The notes beneath the pieces are model-generated. The model worked only from the letters and a program-made list of their open reading frames with translations. It was not told where the DNA came from and made no database searches. The translations under genes were made by a program, and so were the position numbers. DNA of 64,000 nt. Source: Camelus ferus (taxonomy: Eukaryota). Each line of letters opens with the position of its first letter. Position 1 is the stretch's first letter. The stretch spans positions 48,424,001-48,488,000 of the forward strand of contig NC_045707.1 of assembly GCF_009834535.1 (NCBI RefSeq), read 5' to 3'. Shown here in pieces: positions 1 to 13,159 of this stretch.

Positions 1-127
1 GACATAGTGTAATCTATATTTCATATAATTTTGTGATTCAGATTCCACTCACATTTACTGAATACCTATAATAACAAACAATTATATAGGTAGGTAGTAA
101 GATAGTAAATACTTATAAAATATTATA

Positions 128-153
128 GATGGCTGGCTGGCTGGATGGATGGA
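128..153. repeat. (GGCT)n/(GGAT)n tetranucleotide repeat
   Basis: gatggctggctggctggatggatggat read directly. Confidence 0.8.
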
Positions 154-164
154 TTTATATTTTC

Positions 165-675
165 CAGAATATACAAACAGCTCATACAGCTTAATATCAA
201 AAAAACAAACAACCCAATCAAAAAATGGGCAGAAGACCTAAGCAGACATCTCTCCAAAGAAGACATCCATATGGCCAACAAGCCATGAAAAGATGCTCAA
301 CATCACTACTTCTTAGAGAAATGCAAATCAACACTACAATGAGATATCACCTCACACCAGTCAGAATGGCCATCATTAAAAAGTTCGCAAACAACAAATG
401 CCAGAGAGGGTGTGGAGGAAAGGGAACCCTCCTACACTGTTGGTGGGAATGTAAATTGTGCAGCCACTATGAAAGACAGTATGAAGCTTCCTTAAAAAAA
501 TAAAAATAAGCTTTTCATATGATCCAGCAATCCTACTCCTGGGCATATATCTGGAGAAAAATGTAATTCGCAAAGACACATGCACCCCAGTGTTCACAGC
601 AGCCCTATTTACAATAGCCAAGACATGGAAACAACCCAAATGTCCATCAACAGAGGACTGGATAAAGAAGATGTG

Positions 676-721
<46 letters not shown>

Positions 722-1050
722 GTATATGTGTGTGTGTGTGTGTGTGTATGTATGTGTGTATATATATGTGTGTGTGTAAATAATGGAATACTACTTGGCC
801 ATAAAAAAGAATGAAATAATGCCATTTGCAGCAACATGAATGGACCTGGAGATTGTCATTCTAAGTGAAATAAGCCAGGAAGAGAAAGAAAAATATCATG
901 TGATATTGCTTATACATGGAATCTAAAAACAAAGGACACACAGAATTTATTTACACAACAAAAACAGACTCACAAACATAGAGAACAAACTTATGGTTAC
1001 CAAAGGGTAAAGGAAGTGGGAAAGGATAAATCAGGAGTTCAAAATTTGCA
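165..1050 (+). mobile_element. LINE-1 fragment (ORF2 C-terminus and 3' UTR), artiodactyl/camelid type, lacking its poly(A) end
   Basis: ORF 225-503 gives the L1 ORF2p C-terminal motifs [23 protein letters not shown] and [12 protein letters not shown]; 3' UTR motif gaaataatgccatttgcagcaacatg. Confidence 0.95.
677..778. repeat. Compound (TG)n/(TA)n microsatellite inside L1
   Basis: Directly visible. Confidence 0.95.
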
Positions 1051-1195
1051 CCTCTTGGGGAGTGATGAAAATGTTAGCTATCTTGATTGTGGTGGTGGTT
1101 TCATAGGTGTATATATCTATCAAAATTCATCAAATTGTACACCTGAAATATATGTAGTTCACAATTTACCACAATAAAGGTAATAAAAAAATAAA
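1051..1195 (+). mobile_element. Old L1M (L1MC/ME-like) 3' end
   Basis: gtgatgaaaatgttagctatcttgattgtggtggtggtttcataggtgtatatatctatcaaaattcatcaaattgtacac followed by aataaa and an A-rich tail. Confidence 0.75.
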
Positions 1196-2132
1196 ATTAT
1201 ATCTGGTTAAATCCAGTACTCTTGACACAATTTCTAGGTTCATTTCTTTCAAAAGTTTCTCCACAATGAGTAGACATTTGGATTGATGTTCAAATTAAAC
1301 TTTGTCAATCGATACAACCCTAACCCACCTTAAAAGAAGTCAACTTTTCACATGCCTTAGAGATCAAACTAGATGAAGACAAGGCTAACCATTTATTACT
1401 GCCAGTGCAGAATAAGAACAACCCGAGAACTGTAAATTAACTGGATGTAATTTCAGTTGTGCTGTTCTCCAGAGCCCTTCTCTCAATGAGAAAACAAATG
1501 AGAATAAAATGTAAGTGAAAAGAAGAAGCCTTCATCTGGGACACACAGCAAGTATAATACAAAATGTAGGCAAGTGCCAATCACTTATGGAGAATTTCAG
1601 AGACTGGAGACCTGAAGGAAAGGAGTCATCAGTTGATGCTCCAAGATTAGAGAACTATGCTACATAGAGGAAGGATGCTGTCACAGCTTTCAATTTATAC
1701 CTGCTGCAGGTTATTCACTTCAGAAATTTAGGTGAAACTTTGTATCAAGTCTCTGAATTAAAATCACAGACCAGCATTTATTTAATTCACTATTCTAATG
1801 AATAACTGTGATCAAAATGTCAGACTTGATTTACTTCTATATTTGTGAGAAAGCAAGAATTACTGGTTGTCTTCACAATAATTGTTACTAGGAAATATTA
1901 CTCTGGTAAAGAAAGTAGGGACTTCACAAAAGAGAGGGTGGTATGGCATACCATAGACACCAAAAATCCCAATTCTGGTTAAAAAAAAAAAAGAGATGCA
2001 TTTAAAGCTTAATGTTTAAGAAATCTTGATCACTATTCATATAAATAACTGTTTATTCAGTACCAATTTTGTGGAATGATTGAGGGTGCAAATAAATCTA
2101 TAACACAATCCATTAGGAATATTGTAATCTCT

Positions 2133-2160
2133 AACAACAACAACAACAACAACAACAAAA
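2133..2160. repeat. (AAC)n microsatellite
   Basis: Directly visible. Confidence 0.9.
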
Positions 2161-4454
2161 GCAGACTATATATGACTAACTTCTTGCTTCCTAACAGACC
2201 CTGATTTCTATCAGGAAATTCCTGTGGTGAGATAGCTTATGTAGGTACTTTCTATCCCAATAAGCTGCCTGTCTGTTGTTACTTCCAAAGGTTTGTTGTT
2301 CAGTTTTCTTTTTGATTGTCTTAGGTTCTTAATGTTCTCTTTAGCTTATGTTACCTAGAGTCAGTTTCTGTTGTTTACAACCAAAGAACCCCCCACCTGA
2401 TTTTTATACTAAGTCTTCCTGAGAGATGTACATTTAGTATTGAGGCTTTAGACTCAGAACATGCTAATCTTTTAGCCATGGAGTCTCATTTCACTTGAAG
2501 AAATACTCCAAGGTACAGAATAATAGAAAGACCTCTTCAGTATTTTTACTCAGAAAAAAGGCACATTAACCAAGAATCTTAGCATTATTAAAAAAATATA
2601 TATATATATTAATCACCTACAGTGTTACTTTCAGTCTTCATTTTAAACTCTTGAAGTTATCAAGTGAATTCAAGAGCTTCCAGAAACCCAAAAATTCCTG
2701 TAAAAGAACTTGGTTCTTTACACATCCATGTAAAAGAATTGATAGAGAAAACAGCCATGGAAGCTTGAGGTGTAGCATTTTTTTCTCATCCCTTTCATCA
2801 AAAGAGGCTCTGCCTTTCTCCATGGGCCTAAGGGCTTGGTAGGAAGCTTTCCAGCTGGGAGAGGAATCACATCTTTGTTGCAGAAAGGCAGGATCCACTG
2901 CAAATACTGAAGTTACTGGGGTGTGTGGTGAGATGAAATTGACACCTTCCCATGAGGTCCAGACAGAAGAAAAACCTCAGCAGAGAAGGTTGGCGAGACA
3001 ACATTGTAATGAGGGAAATACTGGCAGTAATTTCTGTTTACATTGTCTAAGTCAGGGTCAGAAGTTAATGTATTTGCTATGATTGCCCATGTGCTACGTG
3101 GACAATGATTTCTGCCCCACATCTAGCTGTTAGAGTAATTCAGTCCTGCAAGTAATCAATACTGTGGGATGGCCACTGTCAAAGACCTTAAGAAAACAGC
3201 AGACATCTATACATTTATAATAATACAAAGACAGTTTTTTATTATCTTGCCTTAAGGAAACTAGAATTCTTGGTTCTTCTGCCACTGGAAGGACTATAAT
3301 TCTATGATTCCAATCTTGAGGACTGTGAGAAACTGAAGCCTCCTTTTCTTTGTGTCATTTAGAACTTGGCAGGCAGTTGTGTTCATTTACACTGGGGACC
3401 ACTTCCCTGGACCTTCTCTGGTGCAAGTAATGAGCCACGTGTGATTAATACCTGGTGAATCAGCCTTGACTGTCAACACTGGCAATGGTTCAGATACACC
3501 ATGTTCCTAATGAACCTTCTCCTATTTGCTTCACCACAGATCCTGAATAAGCAGGCCTTTACTTAACAACTCAAGGTCAGCTCATAGCACTTTAATTATA
3601 AAATAATATATTTAAAAAAACAAAGAGATTTGAGAACAAACACAACCCCAATGTTTTCTTTTTCCTTTGTCCCAGTAAGTGAAACAAGAAGACACTATTT
3701 CAGTATTCTGCAGCAATATTAAGACATTTAATTCCACTTTGGATATAAAACATTTGGGAAGCATTTAAATGAATCTTCTGTCTATCTATCTACCTTGTTA
3801 TTTGAAAAACAGGAAGGTATAATCAGGTATTTCTCTCCTATTCATAGCTAATTCCCCAAAACTTTTCAGTTAGCCTAATTCATTGGGACTTAGGACATCA
3901 AAGGAGAGAAAATTTCAGTCAGAACTGAGTTTAAGAAAAAGTGAATATGCCAACTGCTTGGATATGAGAAAGCCTGGAAATGAGAACCACAGAGCCCTTT
4001 CTTAGCATATCCTTATAATCATAATCATAATTATACTTCACAATTGCATACTGAGCTAGAGTTTACCAAGAGCATTTACACTTTCATCCTAAACTCCATT
4101 CAGAAGAGGAGTGAATGCAGTCCAGTTTTTGTTTTGTGTTTTTTCTGTCATAATCAATACAAAATGGTTAAAAATAGCAACAGAGTAAAAATATATCAAC
4201 ATATGGAAAATGGGCAGGTTTGTTTTGTTTCCTTAAATTACAGTTTACAGGCGTTTCATATTCACCATACACACTCACATTGGTTAGCTGTTATTACAGT
4301 AGCTATTATGCTGATGGATAAACAGATGGGAACATAACACGGGGCTTTCTAAAACCTGTTTTCTTTGGTTTTTCTTCTGTGATTCTAGCTGTGCTGAGTT
4401 TAAGCAATGAGAATGTTAGATCACTGTGTATTTCACTGATACTGGGAAGATGTA

Positions 4455-4675
4455 ACTAATATTTATTGAATGCCTATTCTGTAGCAAACAATTTCCTGAA
4501 AATCTTCCATTTGCTATCTGATTAAATCTTCACAGCAATGCTGAGAGGTAGACATTATCTCTATGTTATCCCCAAGGAAACTGAGTCATAGAGGTCACCT
4601 AGCTTAAGGCTACCAGCTATTCTTAATGGTGCCGGGCCCCAGATCCAAACGTTTGACTCCATGCTCTTTCTACTG
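4455..4675 (-). mobile_element. MIR SINE
   Basis: Reverse-complement MIR core: atttattgaatgcc...aatcttcacagcaatgctgagaggtag...gaaactgag. Confidence 0.75.
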
Positions 4676-5089
4676 CTTGCTAAACATTTTTTTTAAAAAA
4701 TAAAGTATCCCTAAAGGAAAAGGAAAATGAATATACACCCCTAGGGAGTCTGGGGGTGTAGTTCAAATGGAATCACAGCAAGTGTGAAATTTCTTTGAAG
4801 TTTCATCTTTTATCTTTAATATGCATACATTCTACTCCATAATATGTCTCTATTTGTTTTAATATAAAATATGTTTGTTTCTCCAAATCTTTAAGTAAAA
4901 CTCAAGCCCCAGGAATATGCATGTATTTATCCTGTGGCTTTCTAGATCCCTCCTGGGTATCCTGGTATAAGAAGCACAGCCATTCACAACATGGTCTCTA
5001 AAAAATGAAGCCCTATTGACTTTAATGTGAAATCTCAATTTTCCACATTGGTTCTTCAGAGGAAGTCACTTTTTAAAATGCCCTTTTGA

Positions 5090-5260
5090 TGCTTCCACAA
5101 TACTCTGTACTTCCCTTTTACAGCATTCATTGCATTTATAATTACTTGTCCAAAGTCTGCCTGCCTCATAAAACTGTAAATTCCATGAAGGAGGGAAACT
5201 TTGTGTTGGTTACTTTTTTATCTCTAGCATCTACCTTAGTACTTAGGAAACTGTGACATC
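5090..5260 (+). mobile_element. L2 3' end fragment
   Basis: actgtaaattccatgaaggaggg resembles the L2 motif ctgtaagctccatgagggcaggg. Confidence 0.55.
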
Positions 5261-5774
5261 AAACACATCTTTTTAAAATAAATAATTGATATATTTTATT
5301 TGCAAAATCTTTTCATACAGAGTCAGAGTGAGGGATGAAAGAGGTGATAACCTTGCTATAATGTTGCAGGACTTGTACAGATTTGATATTAAGGCACGTG
5401 CTGGAGGTTCAAAAGCTGTGACTTCTAACTCTGCCCCTCAGAGATCTCATTTATTCAGTGGTTCTAGATAAAGGTTATAGTAAAAATTGAATGGTGACAA
5501 AAAAGTGATAAACTTTTCACGGTTTTCACATTCTCATCTGGAATATATATACAACCAGAAGTCAGGGTTTCAAAAGCACAGGTGCTCATCCCCTTGGTAT
5601 GCATGCAAGTCCACCCACACAGCTGGAGAGGTAGGTGCTGGCTTATCACACAACCACACAACAACACTTCCATGAATCTAGAACCAGTATATGCCAAACT
5701 GGTTTAGCAAATGACTAACAACTAAGTGCAGACAGTAATACATCAGCTTCTTTTGATTTTGTTTTTCTGCAAAG

Positions 5775-5922
5775 GCAAAAGAGTCTCGTGTAGAGATTCT
5801 GGAGTAGCTGAGGGCAGACCTTGTTAGTGCGAAGTCTGCTGAGAGTCCAGAACGCCATGATCTTGATGCCATGACACATCATCAGGAGACGTGTCTCCGG
5901 GAAAATTTTGTACCTTTCCCTG
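5775..5922 (+). other. Candidate spliced exon (non-coding or 5'UTR/first-coding)
   Basis: Polypyrimidine tract cttctttttgattttgtttttctgcaaag, strong donor CTG|GTAAGT at 5923, and five CpGs in 148 bp; all three frames contain a stop. Confidence 0.3.
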
Positions 5923-5939
5923 GTAAGTCAGGAACCTCC

Positions 5940-6130
5940 TTCTCTATGTTCTTTTAGGACTTTGTACAAACCCTATGGATGCATTTAATTACTTAAGACT
6001 CTATTAATCCCACTTACAATTCTTTTAGCGAAGATTCTCTTCAAGACAAGTATTTAATCTTACCTACTTTTGTTTCCACAGCCTAGAGACTAGCACATGG
6101 CAATTGTTTCATGAATGTTTTTTAACTGAG
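5940..6130 (+). mobile_element. L2 3' end fragment
   Basis: ccacagcctagagactagcacatggcaattgtttcatgaatgttt resembles the L2 tail. Confidence 0.5.
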
Positions 6131-7079
6131 TGTGTGAGTCATGTCACTATCTTCTAGGACTTTCTGGTTCTCATATAGGTTATTGAGAGTGAATATAAAT
6201 GCTCAGTTGTATTCAGTAACTGCACAAATGAATTAACTAATTACACAACAGCATCCCATGTGGCTTCAGCCACGAAAAAGGGTTTGTTTGATACCCAAAA
6301 TATCTGAGTTTATGAGCTTTGTGGCACTGGTAATACTTTTCATTTTATTGAACCTAGAAGCTCTTCTCTTGATAAAAAAGAGTCATCTCTCTGCTGAAGC
6401 TCAGAGATAATGTGAGGACAGAGATGAGACTGCATAGAGAAAAAGAATGCAATGAAAGTGGTGAGCTAGCATGAGCTGCTGGCCATCCCTAAACGTGAGT
6501 TCTGAAAGCTATTTGAGCTGGTGCTTTTTGAAGGTGCAGAGGGAGGATGAGGGACAGTGGTGAGTGTGAAGGAGGCAGATGCAGGACACAGGCAAACCTT
6601 TGGTTGGAGGATCTGCTCTTGCTTCTTGGTGTCTGGCACAAGGTGACTGGCGTGGTCATTGACTACATCATAATCTTATATCCCCTGGACCATTCTGCTG
6701 CAGTTCGTGCCCACAGGGCAGTATATGCAAAGCCTTTCTCGGGCCAGGAGTTGATAAAAGCAATTGCAAAGTTAAAAGCCCCCTTGAGCACTTCCTCTTA
6801 CACTACTTGCCTCCCAAACCTCCCAGGCTGATGGGTTATAATCTACGGAGGTCTTGCCTCCCCATACTACTTCTCCAAATGTCTTTAAAGGTGAAGCTGA
6901 GGCTGGAGGATTTCCCAGGGGGAGCAGGTCTGTGGTGCTAGGAGCTCTCTGCATTAAGCTTTATCCTCCCTCATCTTTGCAAACTTACCACCACGTCACA
7001 GACTAAAGTTCTTTGATATTAGGCTTAGTTTTAGGTCCCTCCCAAACATTCAGGATCCAAAAAGAAAAGCTAAATGTGA

Positions 7080-8530
7080 AGTCACAAGATAAACTGAGTC
7101 TCGAAGAATACTTAATTATAAAAGAAAGGTAAAAACTGAACAACGTGTACTTCTATACTATCTGAAGTAGAATTAGAATAGTTTCTGAAGCAGAGCTATT
7201 GAAACAGATGGGCCGAAAATGTAAAATAGTTATGACACATACATCAAAGAATATAAGGGATGATACTAGCAATAACAAGCAAGTAAAAAAAAAAATCACA
7301 AAAAAGCAATTACAAATGTCAGGTATGACTATAATAGCTGAGACAGAGAAGCCAGTAGATGAGATTTTAAAGAGAACATGAATCTAAGAAAATGGGAAGA
7401 AAATGGTGAGCTGGAAGATCAGAGGACAGCAGGAAAGGAAACAAAAGCTAAGAAATACGGTGAGAATGAGTAGTAGAACCAACGTTAGAAACAACAGGAG
7501 AAAAAAAATAAAAATGAAGAGAAGGAAATACTTGGAAATACTGGAGATAAATTCAGAGTTAATGAGATATAAAGTGTTAATTGAAAGACCTCCTGGAGTG
7601 CTTAAGCAGAAAGGACAGAGGATACATGAGAGTGACATTATCAAAGTCCAAAGAAATCTATCAGTTTTCAGAGAGGAAAAGCAGACTACCTCTGGAATAA
7701 TAAGAATTAGAATCAGTCAGATTCCTCCACAGACACAATGAAACCTAGACAATAAAGGAACAGCAGCTTAAGGGTTAACGGAAAAGAAGTCAGGAACTGA
7801 GTCAGTTACCAAAACTGTTATTTCTTTCCAAAGTGAAGGCACAATAAAGGTATTCTCAGGCATATAAGACCTCATAGCCTTTGCCAAAGACCCAGTCGAA
7901 ACACCTAGGGAAATTCTCATTAAGAAAACAGTCCAGGAGATGTTCCAGAAGCATGTAAAGTTGAGGTGATACAGTTATTGCTAATTAAAATTCCAGGTAA
8001 CATCAATAAAACAGTAAAGGGGTGACCAACTTTATATTACAGTATGCTAAAAAGCTTGTCTTGTTAGGGGCAAATATAGATATCTGTAGATTAAAGAAAT
8101 AAATAGAGTTAAATAATTATAAGTAAAGATAGCAAGAGCAGGGGAGGGTATGGCTCAAGTGTTAGAGCTCATACTCAGCATACACATGGTCCTGGGTTCA
8201 ATCCCCAGTACCTCCTCTAAAAATAAATAAATAAGATAGTAAGAGAAACCATTAAAAGAACAAAAACAGAATATATCATTTTCAAGCAAGTAAAAAGGTG
8301 CTCAAGGTGTCTAATAAAAAATAAGAAGTGAAGAAAAGAAATGGAAATAAAGTACCGTATATGAATAATTTAAAATATGATAATAGAAATAATTTGATGT
8401 GACTATAGATACAATAAATTTAAATTTTTGAAACTACTCCTTGATGACAGAGACTATCATACTGGGTCTAAAAAACAGAAAGAGGTGTGTATATAAAAAG
8501 AGACATACTCTTAATAAAAAAACAGAGAAA
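7080..8530 (+). mobile_element. Ancient L1/HAL1 ORF1 remnant continuing towards the ORF2 start, interrupted by a SINE
   Basis: ORF 7403-7741 ends SVFREEKQTTSGIIRIRISQI, resembling the L1 ORF1p pattern KAAREK.Q.TYKG..IR.T.DF; A-rich strand bias. Confidence 0.6.
8141..8232 (+). mobile_element. Camelid tRNA-derived SINE (vic-1-like)
   Basis: Head ggggagggtatggctcaagtgttagagc with A box, B box gggttcaatccc, (AAAT)n tail; 13-bp TSD aagatagYaagag at 8126-8138 and 8233-8245. Confidence 0.9.
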
Positions 8531-8532
8531 AC

Positions 8533-9060
8533 TGTATTTATTTTCTATTGCTTCATAACAAATTGCCTCAAACTTAATGGCTTCAAACAGTGCACATCTT
8601 TTATCTCAGTTTCTGTGGGTGAGGCATCTGGGCATGTTTTAACTGGGTTCCTCAGATCAGGGTCTCACCAGCCTGCCTGGATTTTTGACCAAGGAAGATC
8701 CACTTCCAAGCTCATTCTGGTTGCTGAAAGAATACATTTCCTGTGACTATGTGACTGAGGGCTCAGGTTTCTTACTGGCTGTGGCTGGAGGGCACTCTCA
8801 GGTGCTAGGGGCCCCCCACAGTTCCTTGCCATGTGGACCTCTCCACAGGCAGTTCTCATCATGGCTGTTGGCTTATCCAAGGGCATCAGGAGAATCTCTC
8901 TCAGCCTGAGTCTTATAAAACACTCACAGGAGTGACAGCCCATCAACTTTGCCATATTCTATTAAATAGAAGCAAGTCACAGATTTCTCCTGCACCCAAG
9001 GGGAAAGAATCACACAAGATTGTGGATCACTGGAGGTCACTTTAGTATGTTTCTGCCACC
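8533..9060 (-). mobile_element. MLT1 (ERVL-MaLR) solo LTR
   Basis: Typical reverse-complement MLT1 end tgtatttattttctattgcttcataacaaattgcctcaaacttaatggcttcaaacag...tttctgtgggt; other end ctgccacc. Confidence 0.85.
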
Positions 9061-9799
9061 CTTGGAAATAAAAAATCATAAAGTCACAAGAAATACATGC
9101 AGATCAAAGGAAGGCATACCTAGGAAAACTCGTAATTTATCAGGGAGCATATGAATGGAAAACAAAAATCTTAGCTTATACACTTGAAGACATAGTATTT
9201 ATCTAAACCTTTGCACAATACTCAAAGTGATAAGAATTATCCAGAGTCAATTAAAAAAAAAAAAACAGAAAAAAGGTAGCAACTACTACAAAAAAAAACT
9301 ATTTTAATTCAAAAGGTAAGGGGAAAACACAGTAAAACAGATAAAGAGTAGACTATAGCCTCCAAATGTTTAAAAAAAAGAAGTAGATATTAATAAAGCC
9401 GGAGCTACAGCTAAGGACTTTACTGACTTTCATCAGAGGAGGAATTGGAAGTCAAAACCAAAACCAAAAATATGTAATTTTCTATCAGCTAAATATATAA
9501 TCAAGCTTTAGAAAGCTGTTTAGTAAACTATATATAGTTTATATCTCAAAGTGTAGGTTGTTCAGTTGTTTTCAGTTAACCTTTTTTTTTTTTTTTTTTT
9601 TTACAGTCAAACAGGTGGTGTTAGACATAAATATAAACACACTTGCAGAACACAGTGTGGATTTTAGAGCAGGTAGGTGCTTTGGGGGGCCTGGTAGGGC
9701 TCTATTTTCATCTGGAGCTGCTATACACCCCATACTATACACCCTTCTGCACTTTCCCTTCGTAGAAAAATTCTCTGAAGGCTTGTCTATACCTGCTAT

Positions 9800-10390
9800 C
9801 TCCAATGTTTATTCCCTTCTTCCTTGAACCCACTTCAGCCAGGCCCTTTACTCCACAAGTGCAGGTAAACTATTCTGGTCCAAGTTACTAAGAACACACT
9901 CTATTTTGCTAATCTAACATCAGTCCTCAGTACTCATCTTACTAGACCTGTCAGTAGCATTTAACATGCTTGAGCATGCCCTCCTTCTTGAAACACAGGT
10001 TTCATTTGGCGTCCAGGACACATACTCTGGTGGGTTTCCACCCCCTACCTTACTGGTCACCCCTTCTCAGTCTCCTGTGCTGGATCCTCCTCCTTTAAGC
10101 AAACTCGTCCTGTTGATGTGCCACCCAGAGCTTCATCACTTGCCCTTTGCTTTATCTGTACTCCCTCCTTTAGTGAGCTCATTCACTCTGACATACTGGG
10201 GACCCTTGAATTGAGATTTCCAGTGGCCTCACTTTCTGATCGACACTTTAAATAACCCTGATACTCATCATTTAATTGCTTGCACTGTGCCTTCTGCCTG
10301 AAAGGTCCTATTTCCCTGACTAATATATAGGGCTGCTCTCTGGTTGCTTTTTCTCCAAGGTGTCTATCAGCCTCTATCTGCCTTAGATGC
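9800..10390 (+). mobile_element. L2 (L2a-like) reverse-transcriptase fossil
   Basis: About 9927-9995 translates SVLILLDLSVAFNMLEHALLLET, matching the CR1/L2 RT motif SVLILLDLSAAFDTVDH.LLL. Confidence 0.85.
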
Positions 10391-10392
10391 CT

Positions 10393-10770
10393 TGCTATGG
10401 ACTGAATTGTGTCCTCCTAAAATTCCTTTATTGAAACCCTAATTTCCAATAGGACTATATTTGGAGATAGGGATTACAAGGAGGTAACAAGGTTAAATAA
10501 GGTCACAGGAGTGAGGCTCTAATCCAATAGGATTGTGTTGTTTACAAAAAAGAGGAAGAAAGACCAGAGGGTCTCTCTCGCGCTCTCTCTACTATGTGAA
10601 GACAAAGCAAGAAGGCAGCCCTCTGCAAGTCAGAAAGAGAATCTGAACTCTGCTGGCAACTTGATCTTGGATTTTCCAGCCTCTAGAGCTAGGAAAAAAT
10701 TAATCTCTTTAGTTGAATCCACTCAGTCAATAGTGTTTTGTTCACAGCAGCTTGAGCTGACAAATAAACA
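10393..10770 (+). mobile_element. MLT1A/B-type MaLR solo LTR
   Basis: Starts tgctatggactgaattgtgtcctcc; contains ctgctggcaacttgatcttggattttccagcctctagagct; TG...CA ends. Confidence 0.9.
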
Positions 10771-11359
10771 CCTTACCTGGGCTCTGATGGCATCCTTTGT
10801 TTTACTCTATCACAGCCTTTAGTCCACTGCATTATAATTGTTTACTTACTTCTCATTCTCCTCCAATAAACTGTGACATATTCGAGTTCAGGCTAAATTT
10901 TATTCATTTGTTTTCTAACAATCAAGAGTAGCTACTGTACTTTTGCCACTGAGTTGACTTAATACTAGACTCTGGGAGGGGGCAGTTTTGTGAAAGCTTA
11001 GGCCTGACAATTCTTTCCCAGATAGAAACTTAATTCCTACACAGTTAATTTCTACATAGAAGTGGACCTTAGCAAAACCAATGAGCAGGACATTTCCCTC
11101 TCTCTCTTCTTCTTCTTCTTTTTTTTTTTTTTTTTTGGTATTTGCTGATAATTTCAGTGAACTTCCAGTCAAGAACCTAGAGTTTTGGCCTGAAAAGAAT
11201 GGAAAATACATTTTATCTGGTATCTGGAAGAAAGGTAAAGGGCAACTCTTATGAATTTATTAATTCCTGTGAAAGATACGATTTTGAGTGTATAGGTATC
11301 CTAATGGGCCCTTCTGGGAGTAGGGGTTTCAAATTCAACTCCCACAGAGAAGAATTCAG

Positions 11360-11490
11360 GCGTTCATTTATTCTACCATTCGTTAATTTAACAAATAAGC
11401 ACTATGTCCTAGACAATGAGCTAAATTTTGAGAATACAGTATTGAATAAAATGGAAACAGCACCTACTCTCATGGAACTCACAATATTTG
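11360..11490 (-). mobile_element. L2 3' fragment
   Basis: cattcgttaatttaacaaataagcactatgtcctagac...ctctcatggaactcacaat. Confidence 0.6.
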
Positions 11491-12194
11491 ATCTGAGTAC
11501 CTATTCATCTTTCATTTTGTTCATGTAAGTTTTGGAAAATACTCAACAAATATGACTTTTATTGTTAATACAATTGCTATAAAAATGCCATTCTGATAAT
11601 AGTTAGCCAGCAGGTTTAGCTAGTCCTTAAAATGAGTTTAAGATGAAAAACGATTACAAGCACCAGAAGGAAGGCACATCTGCCACACTCCGTGGTAGAG
11701 ACGTGTCTTTTGATCTTCGTATTGCTTCCGCATATCACAGTGGCTGGCATATAGGCACTGTTGAATGTGTGTGTTTGTTGAAATGAACTGTCATCCTATT
11801 TCTTATAGCTAGAGAATACACATTCAATTTATGTAACAGTGATGGCAATTTATTTATATATAAATTGGAAGGAAATCGTTTTCAGACATAACCGTATTTC
11901 ATACCCAGGAAAAAGTATCACTCAGAGCACACATTTCAGATTGAAGTTAAAACATTTTCAAAGAGGTCAGCTACTTAATGTGACTTTTCCACACCTGTTT
12001 TAACTGGAGTTAATGAGGGTTGCCACTGTCTTGTTCATATCTAACAGTCAATTACTATAATAACTATTTGTGGATTCACAAGTTAGTGATTTAGCTAGGT
12101 GATTTTTTTTTCAGTATCACAGTTGTTTAATTAAAGGCCTTTGTCATTCAACAGACTGCATGCTAACTTCTGATATTTCAAGACTGAAAGTGCT

Positions 12195-12850
12195 GTGAAT
12201 ATTTCTTGAATCCATCCCTTCCTTTCTCATGTCACCTCTTCCCTGTTCTAAGCCACTATCTCTGTACTAGAGACTAATGAGATACCCTCCTCTGCCTTCC
12301 TTCCTAGCCATCTTCAGCAACACAGCCAAAGTGACCTTCCAAATGAGCACACATGACCTGGATACTCATCTCCAAAAACTCTTCATGGATTTCCACTGCT
12401 TAAAAGACAAAATCCCAAATGCCTAACATTGTCACAAAGTACTCAGAATTTGGCCTCAGTCTCCTCTACAATCTCATCCTTAAGCCTCTGCTCCCCACTC
12501 ATTATACCACAAACCAAATATTTTCTTTTCCTTTAAATTTTCAATCGCTTTACTTATTAGGGCTTTGCAAATTTCATTTCCTTTCTGTAGGACACAGTGC
12601 TTTTCAGTTTCTGTTCAACTAGCCTGTACTCTGCTTTTAATTTCAGCTCAAATATCATTTCTTTCAGAATGCCTTCCCTCTCTGTTCCCCATCTCCAAAA
12701 CTAAATTAGGTCTTTTTATAATACACTTTCATGGTTCATCTATATTTCCTTCATAGAACTTAACTTGGATTGTAATTATATAATTTCTTAATGTGTTTAA
12801 TATTTATCTGCCCTTCTAGGTAGCTTGGGATCATATTCCTAGTTTCTAGC
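12195..12850 (+). mobile_element. L2 fragment
   Basis: tcttgaatccatccc...cacagccaaagtgaccttccaaatg...aaaactcttcatggatttccactgc are L2 3' region motifs. Confidence 0.7.
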
Positions 12851-13159
12851 CAAAAATAATTCTATAGAAAAATTCACATATTTGATATATGAATGGAGCA
12901 GCAAGAGTCATTGGCACAGAAAATGAAAGTTACACCCGTAGTGTGGATGAGCTCCCTTAGAATTTGACAATGGCAAAGAGAAAAGAGGATGCTAACTTGC
13001 GTTTGCTAATCCTACAATAAAGGAAATACGAATTGACAGTAGGAAGAGACATGCTCACTAGCCAGGAGAATCTTAACAATTTTACCTAGGATTTGTATAT
13101 GATAATAAAACTTTTAAAGCAACAAGGTTTTGTTACATAAAAGAAATACATAATCATAG

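Noticed and set aside
376..837. Longest ORF, 153 aa on the minus strand
   Set aside because: It is an antisense L1 3' end plus microsatellite, a common artefact ORF.
6540..6960. GC-richer segment with a 94-aa ORF, possible pseudogene
   Set aside because: No recognisable protein similarity; its position just upstream of the ORF1 remnant suggests an old L1/HAL1 5' UTR.
8141..8215. tRNA-like sequence
   Set aside because: The A-rich tail, TSD and degenerate stems show a SINE, not a tRNA gene.
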